A stretch of DNA of 64,000 nucleotides from Octopus sinensis (GCF_006345805.1 NC_042997.1:118110001-118174000), one strand, 5' to 3'. Counted from the first letter of the stretch, positions 1 to 12,722 are shown. Translations and numbers: made by a program. Notes: generated by a model from the sequence alone, not told the origin.

Positions 1-745
1 TTCATTCTCTCTTACCTGTTTGTGTTTGCCTTTCAAATGCTGTGTTTTTACTGAGATCTCCCTTTTAGTAGAAGAAATAGCTATAATCTCTTTGACTGCT
101 ATTTCTAAATTCGGTGTGCGGTAAGGCAATTCGTTGCTAAACCCTTAATTGCTTAGTATTACTTAAATTTTCCTCGAATGAGGCTTTTACATGCCGAAGA
201 CTACTTGGTGTAATTGATAATTATTCCAAATTAATTAATTTCACCCTTCATTGTTACTGATAACCATATTCATCCCAGTAAATGACCACAGCACTTTGTC
301 TTGGCTACACGCGGGTGGGAAGGGACTGGTGACACAAACTTTCATTCACACTTTGAATTTGGTGATACTAGTTGTGGCTTCTAGCTCGCTCTGATACTGA
401 GTTGAGTTGGTGCCTTCTAGTATCTCAAAATTCAATATACAATCATTCATGATTGTTTGTATCCTGCGCTGATGAGAGAAGAAGTTTGGGTAAGGTAGAA
501 TTATCTAATTCTTATGCTTTCCTAAGACTTGATTTCGAAACGTACGTCCGTAGGTGACTTAAAACTGTATGATAGATTGCCGTCAATTCATTCTCTCTTA
601 CCTGTTTGTGTTTGCCTTTCAAATGCTGTGTTTTTACTGAGATCTCCCTTTTAGTAGAAGAAATAGCTATAATCTCTTTGACTGCTATTTCTAAATTCGG
701 TGTGCGGTAAGGCAATTCGTTGCTAAACCCTTAATTGCTTAGTAT
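1..745 (+). mobile_element. PLE pseudo-LTR / retrozyme-like tandem unit (586-bp period) ending in (TA)n
   Basis: 1-159 is repeated directly at 587-745. A hammerhead motif at 463-554 lies just before the second copy, and the unit runs into a (TA)n tract at about 745-850. Confidence 0.7.
463..554 (+). ncRNA. Type I hammerhead ribozyme motif with long stem II
   Basis: cctgcg-CTGATGA-[gaga...agaatta tc taattct...tttc]-GAAA-cgtacg-TC-cgtagg. Stem I is cctgcg/cgtagg, stem III is palindromic, and the cleavage triplet is GUC. Confidence 0.85.
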
Positions 746-773
746 ATATATATATTATATATATATATATAAT

Positions 774-851
<78 letters not shown>

Positions 852-1589
852 TAATTGCGGTATTCGTCCGGGGATTAATATTTCTTATTGACGCTACGCG
901 TTGCTTTTAAAATGCAGAGCTATGCCTGACGCAGAAGCTTTCTTGCTCGCACCTAACTTTTATACACGCATGCGCAAATACCCCAACCTCCACTAACCTA
1001 TGCTACTATACTTCTAAACTCGCACACACCCACACATTCATGCGAAAGCTACTCATTAGGCCAAGGATACCTTGATTACCAAAGTATCCTTTGCCTAAAG
1101 AGTAGCTTGTTGTCTACCCCTCGTTTAGATAATTATTACATCAAGCTATGAAACTTTTGTAATCCGACGGCGGACTGTTATAACGTCCACTCTGGTATAG
1201 CAGTATAGTTAGTTAGACAAGTAGGACCACAACCATCTCTGACTGACTACCCCGACTTCTCGACGTCGAAGTATTTATAACGACCAACACATACAACTCG
1301 TAAACTGGGAGGGGTGTTCTATTATTATCATTATCCCCATAACAGAAACATATGTATCCTGGATTTTATCTACTTTATTTCATAATTTTTGGATATTTAT
1401 TCGCATATAGAGCAATCCCAGATGCTTACGGTGAACTATAAAATAACCTTTTATCAGCTTCGATACAGTAAAAATTCACGACCTTTTGCGCCAATAAACC
1501 ATTATTGTTCTTGAAAGTTTTTATTTCTTCTACGGACTGCTTGAAACTCACTTACTTCATACACCTTGATCCTTGGAATTTACCTTTAC

Positions 1590-1952
<363 letters not shown>

Positions 1953-3571
1953 GCCCATGCCGTCCACCAGCGCCTTCGTCGTGGGACGCTGGACCGACGG
2001 CCCGGTTGAGTTGCTCGGGGTCTGGTTTGGTCCGGACCTCCAAGTGGAGAAGAACTGGAACGAGATAACGAGTAGGGTGGTCACTCTCGCCCGGCAATGG
2101 GCCGAGAGGAAACTGTCCCTAAAAGGTCGGGCGGAGGTGGCGAACACGTACATCGCGTCCGTCATCTACTACCGCCTGACCGTCGTACCTTGTCCCGACC
2201 CTACCATCACCAAACTACAACGCATTTTCTTTCGCTTCTTGTGGAGAGGATGCGTCCCGATGGTCAGGCGATCCATTTGCTGTCAACACCCGTTAAAAGG
2301 AGGGCTGGGCATGCCGTGGTTGATGATGCGCAGACACGCGCTGAGACTGCGACATCTCTGGCTCTATGTAGACGACGGTGAACAGGTGTGGTCGCCGTTT
2401 GTGAGGCACGCTTTCCCGCAGCTCGTCTCCATGACCGAACTGCAGTCGTGGATCAAAAAGAGGCCGAGGAAGGGCGAATGGCACCGCGAGTGTCGCGTTG
2501 CTCTCAAGCAACTCTGCCATCCTGGGTCGACCTTGAGTGACTTCAACACAACCAAAGCATTCTATAGGGGTTTAGTGGAGGGGAGGTACGACGACGAGCT
2601 CGGGGCGAACCTGGAGGTCGACGAGGAGTACCTGACCCGCCTGTTCAGGACGACTTTCGGGCCAGGGCCCATGGACAACTTCCAGAGATCCCTGGCCTGG
2701 CAGTGCTACCGAGAAGCGCTACACGTTCGGGATAAGCTCTACAGACACGGCTCGAGAAACACGGGGCCGACCTGCCCGAGATGCGGTCAGAGCGACGAAA
2801 CCGTTCTGCACGCACTCGTGCAGTGTCCAACAATTTCCGGCCTGTGGGCTTGTGTCGAACAACTGCTGTCACGTGTGGGACGAGTCGGTTTATCAGCTGA
2901 GTCTATCGTCAATATTGTCACGCCTCCTTCCTTCAAACGGGAAGGAAGAGCTATTTTCATCATCCTTGTGGCTATGGCGAAAGAATGTATCTGGTGGACG
3001 CGTCTGAAAGGTTTGGAGACAAACACTTTCCTCTCTGGTCAATCTCTCATCAACTTCTTCAAGTACCACTTGAAAAGGAAAGTGAGAGTAGAGAGGCAAG
3101 TTTTGTCTAGCGAATGTTTTAAAAAAAGATGGGTGAATGTAGCAAGAATGGCACGTATGAATGACGAAGCCACCTTGAGCATAATCCTATGAACCCAGAA
3201 ATTGAAAACAGAGAGTTGCTTATTTGCAAAAAAAAAAGAGAAAAAAAAGAAAGAAATATAACATGTGACTTCATTGACCGAGGTTACCGTGGTCTTTTCC
3301 GTTGGCTTTTCTTTCCACGGGTAAACCTCACCTGTCCTCCCCTTTACACTTCATATTGACATTTCTGTGATAACGATCCCTATGGATCAATTTTTTTTTC
3401 CTCTGCCCCTTTTTTTTTAACCCCCCCTTTTTTGTCCTCTTTCTCTCCTTTTACGATCCCTTTTGATCGAAACTCCCCCTTCCTTTTTTTTTTTTTTAAC
3501 CTTCAAAAGAAAAGCTCTACCTTGTAATTTGTTCTATCTGTGTGCAGCCCTGTGTGGCTAATAAAGAAACA
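1953..3571 (+). mobile_element. Tx1-like (L1 clade) non-LTR retrotransposon, 5'-truncated copy A
   Basis: Open 411-aa ORF2 C-terminus ([18 protein letters not shown]-x-KGGLGMP, zf-[21 protein letters not shown]), then a pyrimidine-rich 3' UTR ending gccctgtgtggctaataaagaaaca and (TATC)3. Confidence 0.92.
1957..3192 (+). CDS. ORF2 C-terminal fragment (post-RT region plus zf-RVT CCHC finger) of Tx1-like LINE
   Basis: Uninterrupted 411-aa frame with L1/Tx1 ORF2 motifs. It lacks the EN and RT core because of 5' truncation, so it is not a host gene. Confidence 0.85.
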   Translation: MPSTSAFVVGRWTDGPVELLGVWFGPDLQVEKNWNEITSRVVTLARQWAERKLSLKGRAEVANTYIASVIYYRLTVVPCPDPTITKLQRIFFRFLWRGCVPMVRRSICCQHPLKGGLGMPWLMMRRHALRLRHLWLYVDDGEQVWSPFVRHAFPQLVSMTELQSWIKKRPRKGEWHRECRVALKQLCHPGSTLSDFNTTKAFYRGLVEGRYDDELGANLEVDEEYLTRLFRTTFGPGPMDNFQRSLAWQCYREALHVRDKLYRHGSRNTGPTCPRCGQSDETVLHALVQCPTISGLWACVEQLLSRVGRVGLSAESIVNIVTPPSFKREGRAIFIILVAMAKECIWWTRLKGLETNTFLSGQSLINFFKYHLKRKVRVERQVLSSECFKKRWVNVARMARMNDEATLSIIL

Positions 3572-4041
3572 TATCTATCTATCTAAATGTATACATACAT
3601 ACGGACACACCCACACATTCACGCACATAAACACACACACTTGTAAACCGTTTATTTAAAGCGAACTTTTTTAATGTAATTCTAGTTTCTGATCACACCG
3701 GTCATCAGGCAAAATATAGTGGAAGAGAGAATGCTAATATTTCAGAGACAATTCTTAATAAGGGAGAAGAGCTATAATGTCAGCTATAAATGAATTTAAA
3801 ATAACGTTGTTAATATATTACGGAGATGTACTTGCATAGCAAGTGACCTGATCTGAGATCGTGTGCTGGAACGAAAACGAATGCAGCGTGGAAGGTGTTT
3901 ATAAGCCATTTAAGAAACACACGAAAACCGTTAGATTCACTTCAACATTTAAATTTAATTTGTCAAAATATTTTCGTCGCTTTGAAACCGCGATCTGTTC
4001 ACTGACAAAATTCCGTTCTGCATCATGTAAGTGTACGGAAA

Positions 4042-4256
4042 GGCGGCGAGCTGGCAGAATGGTTAGCACGCCGGACAAAATGCGTGGCAGCATTTTGTCT
4101 GTCTGCACGTTCTGAGCTCAAATTCAGACGTGGTCAACTTTGCCTTTCGTCCTTTCGAGGTCGATAAAATAAGTACCAGTTGAACACTGGCATCGATATA
4201 ACCAACACAACCCTTTCCCCGAAACTGCTGGCCTTGTGCCAAAATTTGAAATCAAT
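4042..4256 (+). mobile_element. tRNA-derived SINE family S1 (GGCGGCGAGCTGGCAG head)
   Basis: Head, B-box-like gagctcaaattc and central gcctttcgtcctttcgaggtcgataaaataagtaccag are shared with at least 8 other copies in the window. Confidence 0.9.
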
Positions 4257-4844
4257 ACAATAGTACCTGGAAAACTGCCGATCGCAATGCAGTTACTAAC
4301 TGGTTACAGCTTTCAATAGCATAAATCATGCAGCTTTGTATTTACTATCTAAATCAAAACAAGTGTGACTGTTGGAAGTCACAGTAACCGCAAGCGGTGT
4401 TGTACATCTCCGGTTTTTATATTTGTGTATGCGAGTAAACACATTTGCAAACGTTTGTACTTGCTTATCCGTTGTTGACAAAAATAAATTTAGATTGTCG
4501 CCTTTACATGAATAGAAACAGAGAATGAAGGCGAAGTGAAACAGTCCAGTGTAGTGTTGGCATTAGTCCAAAACTTATTTCTCGTTTATCTTTTATCTTT
4601 AACTTGATTCATTCATTGAACTGCTGCCATGCCGGGACTCCGCCTTGAAGGATTTTGTCGAACAAATCGATCCCAGTATTTAACTGTGTCTGTAAATGCA
4701 ATATAACGTAACGGAAGACATTCTGTAACACACACACACACACACACGTACACACATTACTCCCACAGCCACACAAAAATGTATGTATATATATGTAGAT
4801 ATACATCCCCTGCGCACACACATACATACACACAGAGATGTATG

Positions 4845-4879
<35 letters not shown>

Positions 4880-5056
4880 AAACATACATACCCGCACACA
4901 CACACACATACACACGAGTGTTTGCGTTTGTGAGTGTGTGCATATATATGTGTGTGTGAGTGTAAGAATTGTAAAAATTGCAAATAATAAAACGTGAAAA
5001 TCAAAGTTGAATTTTCATTGATTAATATATATATACATATATATATATACGTATGT

Positions 5057-5091
<35 letters not shown>

Positions 5092-5117
5092 CATTCATAC
5101 ATACATACATGCATACA

Positions 5118-5157
<40 letters not shown>

Positions 5158-5158
<1 letters not shown>

Positions 5159-5660
5159 GGAAAGTAAGAAGAAAAAAAGCGAAAATGCACATTGAACAGC
5201 AAAAAAATAAAGGCTTTTTATGAAAAGCAGCGATAAATATATACAATTAGATGAACTGAGGTAGAATTAAGAGGAATAAAAGTCATTATTTTGAATGATA
5301 TATATAATGTATGGGGGTGAGTGGTATTATTGGTAAGTTTAGTAGTATTCTGTATTATGCTGTGTTCAAGTTAAGTTGTGGATGATATTTATCGATGAAA
5401 GTTGCTTCTTTATTCATTCTTTGTTGTACCGAGGTATTGTGTGAACATTGATGGAAGGGGAAAATTTGGAAATTAGGATTAAGGTTCCTAGCACACCTTT
5501 CTATGTGTTCACTGACCTGTATCTGTCTGTGGGTGGCGGATTTGTTATTTGTGAAGAGTAGTTCTTCGACGGAGTGATATTCCTGTTTGGCCAATATAAT
5601 GATTATCGCACCCTAAGCATGTAATGGCATAGATTAAGTTGATTGGTCAACACCAAATAT
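5158..5660 (-). mobile_element. Penelope-like element 3' fragment (GIY-YIG endonuclease plus 3' UTR) next to (TA)n
   Basis: Minus strand reads NLIYAITCLGCDNHYIGQTGISLRRR and, after a frameshift, VSEHIERC...KEATFIDKYHPQLN. The 3' UTR matches 11800-11935. Confidence 0.85.
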
Positions 5661-6059
5661 CTTTACGCACTTATACTCCCAGTCACACCAACGAAATCCT
5701 GGCCGACCAGTATCTCCTCTCCCAGTTCTAACAAGCGATTCCCACCATCATTATTACAAATGTCTTCCTACATCTTTATCAAATACCGAAATTGTCTCAG
5801 TAGTTGGCGCGCTTTTGTCTTCATTTCCGTCGTGATTATACATAATACACTATCAATAATACTAAAGGTAGTTCTGAGCAGTCTACTTGAAAACTTTGAT
5901 AACAAAATAAAATAGTCTCACCCCATTATTTTCACAACGATAACCATTTGGAAACATAATCAGATATATAATATTGTCTACTGTATATAAATAACATAAT
6001 CCGTGATAATAAATAGTTTCGATTGCATATGCATATATATATATAAATATATATATAAG

Positions 6060-6230
6060 GCGATTACATCGACCCCTAGTTTCATCTGGTACTTATTTTA
6101 TCAACCTTGTAAGGATGAAATGTGAAGTCAGCCTCGGCGGAATTCGAACTCAGAACGTGAAGAGCCGGAAAAAGAAATGTTGCCAAGTATTTTTTCCGAG
6201 GTACTAACGATTCTGTCAGCTCATCGCTTT
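6060..6230 (-). mobile_element. SINE S1, diverged copy
   Basis: Reverse complement of the S1 head and central domain (aaggatgaaa, cctcggcggaattcgaactcagaacg). Confidence 0.8.
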
Positions 6231-6289
6231 TCTCGTACCATTAAAAGTAAATAATAAATTTAAGGATTTGTTTTTACATAAAAAAACCT

Positions 6290-7320
6290 TGAAAATATTT
6301 CAATGCTACCCAAAATCAGTGAGCGCAGCACTGCTGTTCATTTAAACATGTTTCAACAAAAATTGTGCCACATTAAAAAAGAAATATGTAATATTTAAAA
6401 AAATCTGACATAAAAACAGTACTTTTTAAAGAAAGTATGATACAAAAATAGCTAAATTACGGCAGCATTGAATATTTGGTTAAGCAATATTCTTGGACAG
6501 AATGATTCAATAGATAGCTCGTTGATGCATCAAAAAAGTTTGCAAAATGGTGTAAAGAAAAATTCATACCATCTAATTGATGGTTTAACAGGTGGAATAG
6601 GCGAAAGGTATTATGTAGAAACGCGTTCATGGCAAGGAAAAATACTGTATTTTTTATTAGCTAAAATAGGGATTAATACAGAATGAATAAAGATTATTGC
6701 TGAATATTTTCCTGAGGAAACAAAATGGTTTTTTTGCAAGGCCTCAGCCAAATTTTTTTGCTTCAAAATGGAAAAGCTAAAGGATTATTATCTCCAAATG
6801 CGTGAGTGGCGATTCCCTTTTTTTTTTACGCAAACATGAAGGAACAGAAACGAGAGTTTGTAGTGGTTGGAAGAAAAAAATCTTCGATGTTTTAACGGAG
6901 TCAGAAGTTCATCGGCTCATAGTTTTAATGTAAATGTATGGATGACTACAACTACAACTATTTTTAACAATTATTTACTGAAACGGGAATAAAGCGAAAT
7001 AAAGTCTTAATTGGAAGTTGAACAGCATGCAGAAATAATCTGTCTTTAAAGAACATCAAAGTAATCTTCTCTTCAAACACTGCATCATTGCATCATTAAT
7101 TCAACGATATGATCAAGACGTTATAAGAACTTTAAAGGATTATTGCCGAAGAGAAATTTATAAAAGAAGATTTAATCCAGTTTGATGATATTCAAAGTAA
7201 ACCTGTTGTAAAAGCAGTTGGAAAATGAATTTCCGTTCTTGATACAATGCTTTTAACAATTTCAATATCACAGAAGCAGGTCTTTGATAGATCTATTCAA
7301 AACCATTTCAAAAAGAGAGT
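6290..7320 (+). mobile_element. Decayed pogo/Tigger-type (CENP-B/DDE_1) transposase remnant
   Basis: Broken frames give NVNVWMTT, KNIKVIF..NT and DQDVIRTLKDYCRR, resembling the WMT, PxNT and DQGVI..LK motifs of DDE_1. Many stops. Confidence 0.6.
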
Positions 7321-7384
7321 GGGTGGGGTGGGGCTCTAAAACAAGCATAAAAACACGCAAACAAGCTTATTATAAATGAAAGGA

Positions 7385-7550
7385 GATTTTACGAAAAAAA
7401 GAAAAGATGAAGACAGGTGGTGTACAAAACAAACAGATGTATTAGTATAACGCTCAGGAATAGAAAAAGTCTTTTATGTTTCGAGCCTACGCTCTTCTAC
7501 AGAAAAGGACACAGAAAAAAAAACAAGGATAGAAACAAGGAGAGAAAAAA
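7385..7550 (-). mobile_element. Short PLE-derived repeat with degenerate hammerhead core
   Basis: Minus strand ctttt-CTGTAGAAGA-gcgtaggctc-GAAA-ca-TA-aaag. Same family as 30490-30625, 31590-31727 and 50830-50990. Confidence 0.6.
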
Positions 7551-9095
7551 TTATTATAAATGAAATTCTTGACAGAACGCAACACGATATGCAAAAAGAT
7601 GAGTTTAAAATTTTTCATAAACATTTCCTATAAAAATCAGTTTCATTGACAGTTTCAACTGTAAAACTCTTTATAAGTTCAAATGAATTTTACATGATGT
7701 AGCTTAAAACTGGTCACCAATCATTCGAAAAAACAATTTATATTTTCATATCCATTTTTTCCTTTAAATATTTAACTTTGATTAAAATCATAGACTTATA
7801 TGTAGCTATACGCTCCGACCGCTTTTATTTTAATTTTTGTTTTTTCCATTTATGCAGATTTTCACCTTACTTGTAATTTTGTCTATTGACAACCTAGTTG
7901 AAATGGAAGCTACAATGATGGTGTCAGAAATATGTCAAACTGTTATCGATGCGACACTAAATTAAAAGAATATGGACCTCTCCTCCAAACATGTTTTATA
8001 AATGCGAAAAGTTCTTGGAATACTTTATCGTAGCATGCAATCGTTGAGCAGAATTTGAAATGCAATGTTTATAGGGAATTTGTAAACGAACTGTTAAGGG
8101 TAAAAATTTAAAAAATAATTTTTAATAAATTTTCATCAACCAAATTAACATTTTCAAGCTAATAATATCTACAATAATAGTTTTATGATATAAGGCGTTA
8201 TATGACATTGAATTATAAACTAATTGCACCCATGGAGTTACTACATGATACAAGAAGTATTCATTTTCACAATAAACTCTGAATAAAAACAATATACGGA
8301 ATATGCATTTTAATCAAGGGATATTAAAATATAAGAAATAAAAAATGGACTAGTATTCCAAAAGTATAAAATAATTTATAATTATGTTATTAGTAATAAG
8401 TACAAAGTTATATAGATTTCGCAGAAGACCTCGGGAATCAGGAGTTCATATTTATTCTCCATAGAAAGGCATAAACCATGAAAGTTCACATTTGATAGAC
8501 GGATATTCAACTAACCCTACGTATTGGTTTCAACTGGGGAGGTAGGTAAAAGTCTTGGGAATTACTCAAATCCCACAAATAAGAGAATGCAAAATGCAGG
8601 TAACCCTTTACAGCTGTTTCTGGGGTTGGTTATCAGAAAAAGCAGTAAAATGCATTGTGCGTTCATATACATAAAGTAGATTGGTACTGGCGAATGTATA
8701 TATATGAATCAGTTTAAATTACATGAACAACTTCACCTCATCATCAAATGGTCCATATATTTTATGATATTTTTATTAGCTTAGTTGATATATTATCAGT
8801 AGAAAATTCTTATTTACACCGGTCTGAACACTTATTGTCTGTAGCTATTACGCACCGTATTGACGTCATCTTACCTATTATGTATCAATCTAGCTCTACA
8901 TGTATGCATGTATGTATCAATCTAGCTCTGCATGTATGCAGTATCATATTTTTTTCATGCAGTATATTGAAGATGAGTATCAAACTAAAGAAATATATAG
9001 AGAATATGTAAATTAATCGAGGCTGACATGTAATTAGTAATATATTAACGTATTGAAGCTAACATTTTGTAATGCAGTATACTTAATATGTATAA

Positions 9096-9510
9096 GGCGG
9101 CGAGCTGGCAGAAACGTTAGCACACCGGGCGAAATGCATAGCCGTATTTCGTCTGCCGTTACGTTCTGAGTTCAAATTCCGCCGAGGTCGACTTTGCCTT
9201 TCATCCTTTCGGGGTCGATGAAATAAGTACCAGTTACGCACTGGGGTCGATATAATCGACATAATCCGTTTGTCTGTCCTTGTTCGTCTCCTCTGTGTTT
9301 AGTCCCGTGTGGGTAGTAAAGAAATGGGTATTTCGTCTGCTGTTACGTTCTGAGTTCAAATTCCGCCGAGGTCGACTTTGTCTTTCATCCTTTCGGGGTC
9401 GATTAAATAAGTACCAGTTACGTACTGGGGTCGATGTAATCGACTTAATCCGTTTGTTTGTCCTTGGTTGTCTCCTCTGTGTTTAGCCTCTTGTGAGTAG
9501 TAAAGAAATA
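9096..9510 (+). mobile_element. SINE S1 with internally duplicated body and Tx1-like tail
   Basis: Full head, then the body and tail (ccttgt..tctgtgtttag..gtgggtagtaaagaaat) repeated twice. Confidence 0.92.
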
Positions 9511-9803
9511 AGTATACTTAATATGTATATGAATTTAGGGAAATATGTATGCAGTATTATTTTAAGATATAGCAGTCCATATATTCATCATTTGATATAT
9601 TTAAGCGTGTATATTTAAATCTTACCTTTAGCTTCTTTTCATGATTAAAAGAGAAAAAAAATCGGTCATCGGGTCTTGTGTCTGGAGGATTGGATTCAGA
9701 ATATTAAAAAATAACTTTTAGGAAAATCCGAACTGGTTTAGCGCTTGGGGTTTACAATACTGGTTTCTATTTCAAAAATATTTTACGAATATAAAAAGTA
9801 TTT

Positions 9804-9856
<53 letters not shown>

Positions 9857-10242
9857 TATCTATCTATCTATCCATCTATCTCTTTCTCTCTCCTTCTCTT
9901 TCTCTATCTCTCTCCCCATAATTATACTTTTGTTTGAAGCTATTATTACATTTTCAGGCTTAGATGGATTGAACCAACAAACAGTATTTGATATAATGAA
10001 ACAGTGGGACAGTACAGCATTAATGCCTTCGTTAATGAATACGCACAAATTTCATTATTTTGAAAACTAATGTCTATTATAAGATATGATAATTATACGA
10101 TATAAATATATTATAATACCTATTATTAGATATTTGCATTCTATGACATTAATATTCTATATCCATGTAATTATTATATAGATACATCTAAAAAGTACTG
10201 AATTAGATTCTATATAACAACAACAACAACAATAATAGTGAT

Positions 10243-11222
10243 TTCATTTATTTGTCACAAGGGCGAAGGATGAGGGGACAATACAAAAACAGACATAAAG
10301 TGTGGGGGTTTAGATATAATGAAATGATCAACAAAAAAAATAAATAAAAAGAAAGAAATTAAGTATACACGGTATAGACTGAAAAAAGGGACATAAGCAT
10401 AGCATACAAAGGTTAAAAAAATAGGGCAGGGAGGATGATAGAGGTGTGACCCTCCTGATACAGGAAGACCTCTAGGGATTATCGAAGAACCCCACTGTCC
10501 GAGATTTCTCTGAAACCCCAGGAGCAAGTGCCCTTTCCAATTCCTTCTCTCCGACTCACAGGTCTACACTTAGAGAGGTACCATCCCCTCTTGCCATTTT
10601 TGCAACTTTCACCCACCTTTCAATAAACTCACTTCAGGACAACACTGCCCTCTCCAATTTCCTTTTCATGTGAAACTTGAAGAAGTCAGTGACAGCTCTG
10701 CCAAACAAGAATGTGTTTGTCCTCATGCCTTTCAGCCTTGTCTATCGAACAATCTTTCGCCACAGCCACCAGGCGAAGGAAAACTGCCTTGCCTGCCCGA
10801 TTGAAGGAGGGCGGCAGTGTGATCATCATTACAGACGAATTCGTCTCACACGTGACAGAGGCTGTTCGACATAACCTCACAAGTCAGCAATGCCAGGACA
10901 CTGAACGAGGGCATGCAGAACAGTTTCGTCACTCAGCGCGAACCTCGAACAAGACCGTCTGACAGCACATTCATGCCCGTAGAGTTTATCTCGAACCGGT
11001 AGCACTGCCAGGCCAAGGACATCTGGAAATTATCATGATAGATCCCGACCGGAGAGTCATACGAACTAAATAGCCAGTTCGTTCTTGTCGGCGCCCAGAA
11101 TCTTCCCGAGATCGTCGTCACACTTACCCGCCACCAATCCTCTATAAATTTCTAAAGCGGAACATCCACCGAACCCATTGCCCGACTGTTAGAGATCTGT
11201 GAGCGCCTGACGATATTCTTCC
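10243..11222 (-). mobile_element. Decayed Tx1-like LINE 3' fragment (copy D, divergent subfamily)
   Basis: Minus strand retains [25 protein letters not shown] and the terminal gcccttgtgacaaataaatgaaa. Its 3' end abuts (ATT)/(TTG)n rather than (TATC)n. Confidence 0.8.
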
Positions 11223-11665
11223 AAAGATTAAAGTTGGTGTTGCGGTCGAAATTGACTGGATGGAATAAAATCAAAGCAGTTAATAGGTGAGCGATAGAAT
11301 AATTTCGGTATAGAGCGGGAATTATAAAATAGCAAAAGAGAGGTGATGAAAATGGATACCAGGACCTGAGAAATATTGACAGTATACGGAGCCTTCCATA
11401 TACCATAAAAGCGACATCGATAGGCTGTACTTGTCCAGAAGAAAGGGTGGGAAAGGTCTGATAAGTTGACAGGATTGTATCGAAGTAGAGGAAAATAGCT
11501 TAGGGTGGTAGATATAAGTGCCGTGATGACCTTACTGAAACATACGAAGAAGGACGGCGTCGTCAAAACAGAATAGTGTAATGAAAGGAAAATTCAAACA
11601 AGAAATGAACACAAAAAAAGAAAAATGTACGGTCAGTTTGCAAGAGATGTGAGCACCAAGAAAGA
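11223..11665 (+). mobile_element. R4/Dong-clade non-LTR retrotransposon fragment
   Basis: Broken frame reads LRSKLTGWNKIKAVN..FRYRAGII..KILTVYGAFH..KSDIDRLYLSRRKGGKGL..MYGQF. Confidence 0.7.
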
Positions 11666-11680
11666 TTATTATTATTATTA

Positions 11681-11751
<71 letters not shown>

Positions 11752-11799
11752 AATTAGAAATATGTTACAAAAAGAAAATAGAAACTACACGTGGTAATG

Positions 11800-12160
11800 T
11801 AAGGGAAAGTAAGAAAACTAGACGAAAATGCACGTTGTAAATCAAAAACAGTAAAGGCTTTTTATGAAAAGTAACGAAAGATACATACAATTAGATGAAC
11901 TGAGGTAAGAATAAAAGTAATAAAAGTCATTATTGTGAAATTATTCAAGAGATTCAAACATACTGGTTTCGTAAGTTACTAATCATTGCTTTGAATACAA
12001 CTATTCATTGCTTTGAATGCAAATCAGCGTGCATTCAAAGCAATGATTAGTAACTTACGAAACCGGTATACTTGAATCTCTTTAATAATTTCACAATAAT
12101 GACTTTTATTACTTTTATTCCTACCTCAGTTCATCTAATTGTATATATCTTTCGTTAATT
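11800..12160. mobile_element. PLE-derived inverted repeat (foldback) between (ATT)n and (TA)n
   Basis: About 11872-11997 is inverted at about 12032-12157. It is homologous to 5158-5290 and contains the 3' half of a hammerhead (GAAA-ccgg-TA). Confidence 0.75.
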
Positions 12161-12170
12161 TTCATATATA

Positions 12171-12241
<71 letters not shown>

Positions 12242-12269
12242 CATATATATGTATGTATTTCGAAAAATG

Positions 12270-12460
12270 GTTTAGAGGGATATGTAATCCTAGTGTATTT
12301 CTACATAGTTTGTATCTGTCAAACTCACTCACAAGGCATTAGTCAGCTCGGGGATATAGACGAAGGCATTTGCCCATGATGCTGCTGCGCTGAGGTACTG
12401 AGCTCCGAATCACGTGGTTGGGAAGTGTACTTCTTAACCATGCAGCCATGTCTGCTCCTT
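12270..12460 (-). mobile_element. tRNA-derived SINE family S2, diverged 5' half
   Basis: Reverse complement of the S2 head (ggctgcatggttaagaag..ccaaccacgtg) and of ccttgtgagtgagtttgacaga. Confidence 0.75.
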
Positions 12461-12722
12461 GTTTATTCTAGGCCTATGACTTTCAAGGACAAAAAATTCC
12501 AAAACCTTTTAGAGAAGAGAATAAAAGAATTACGTTTAAACGATTAAATTCTACAGAATTTTCAAGGCTTTCAATAAAATCATAAGAAATTATAAAATTG
12601 CTTTCAAAATTAAAAATAATTATCTTGTACAATAATCTAAACATTTTAATATACATCAAGTTGATACTAAAATTGCTTCAAACGTAACATAAATACGTAA
12701 AATATTGCGATGCCTCTTTCTC

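Noticed and set aside
2097-3099. Overlapping alternative-frame and antisense ORFs within the Tx1 copies
   Set aside because: They are by-products of GC-rich coding sequence with no recognisable motifs.
8604-8745. Minus-strand ATGATGAG ... GAAA-cagctg-TA hammerhead-like remnant
   Set aside because: The core lacks the first C, stem I is poor and the spacer is over 100 nt. It is probably a decayed PLE pseudo-LTR but cannot be supported as a feature.
11665-11750. (ATT)n next to the R4/Dong fragment as its specific target
   Set aside because: The fragment is truncated internally rather than at its natural 3' end, and the repeat is in the opposite orientation to the (TAA)n expected for Dong.
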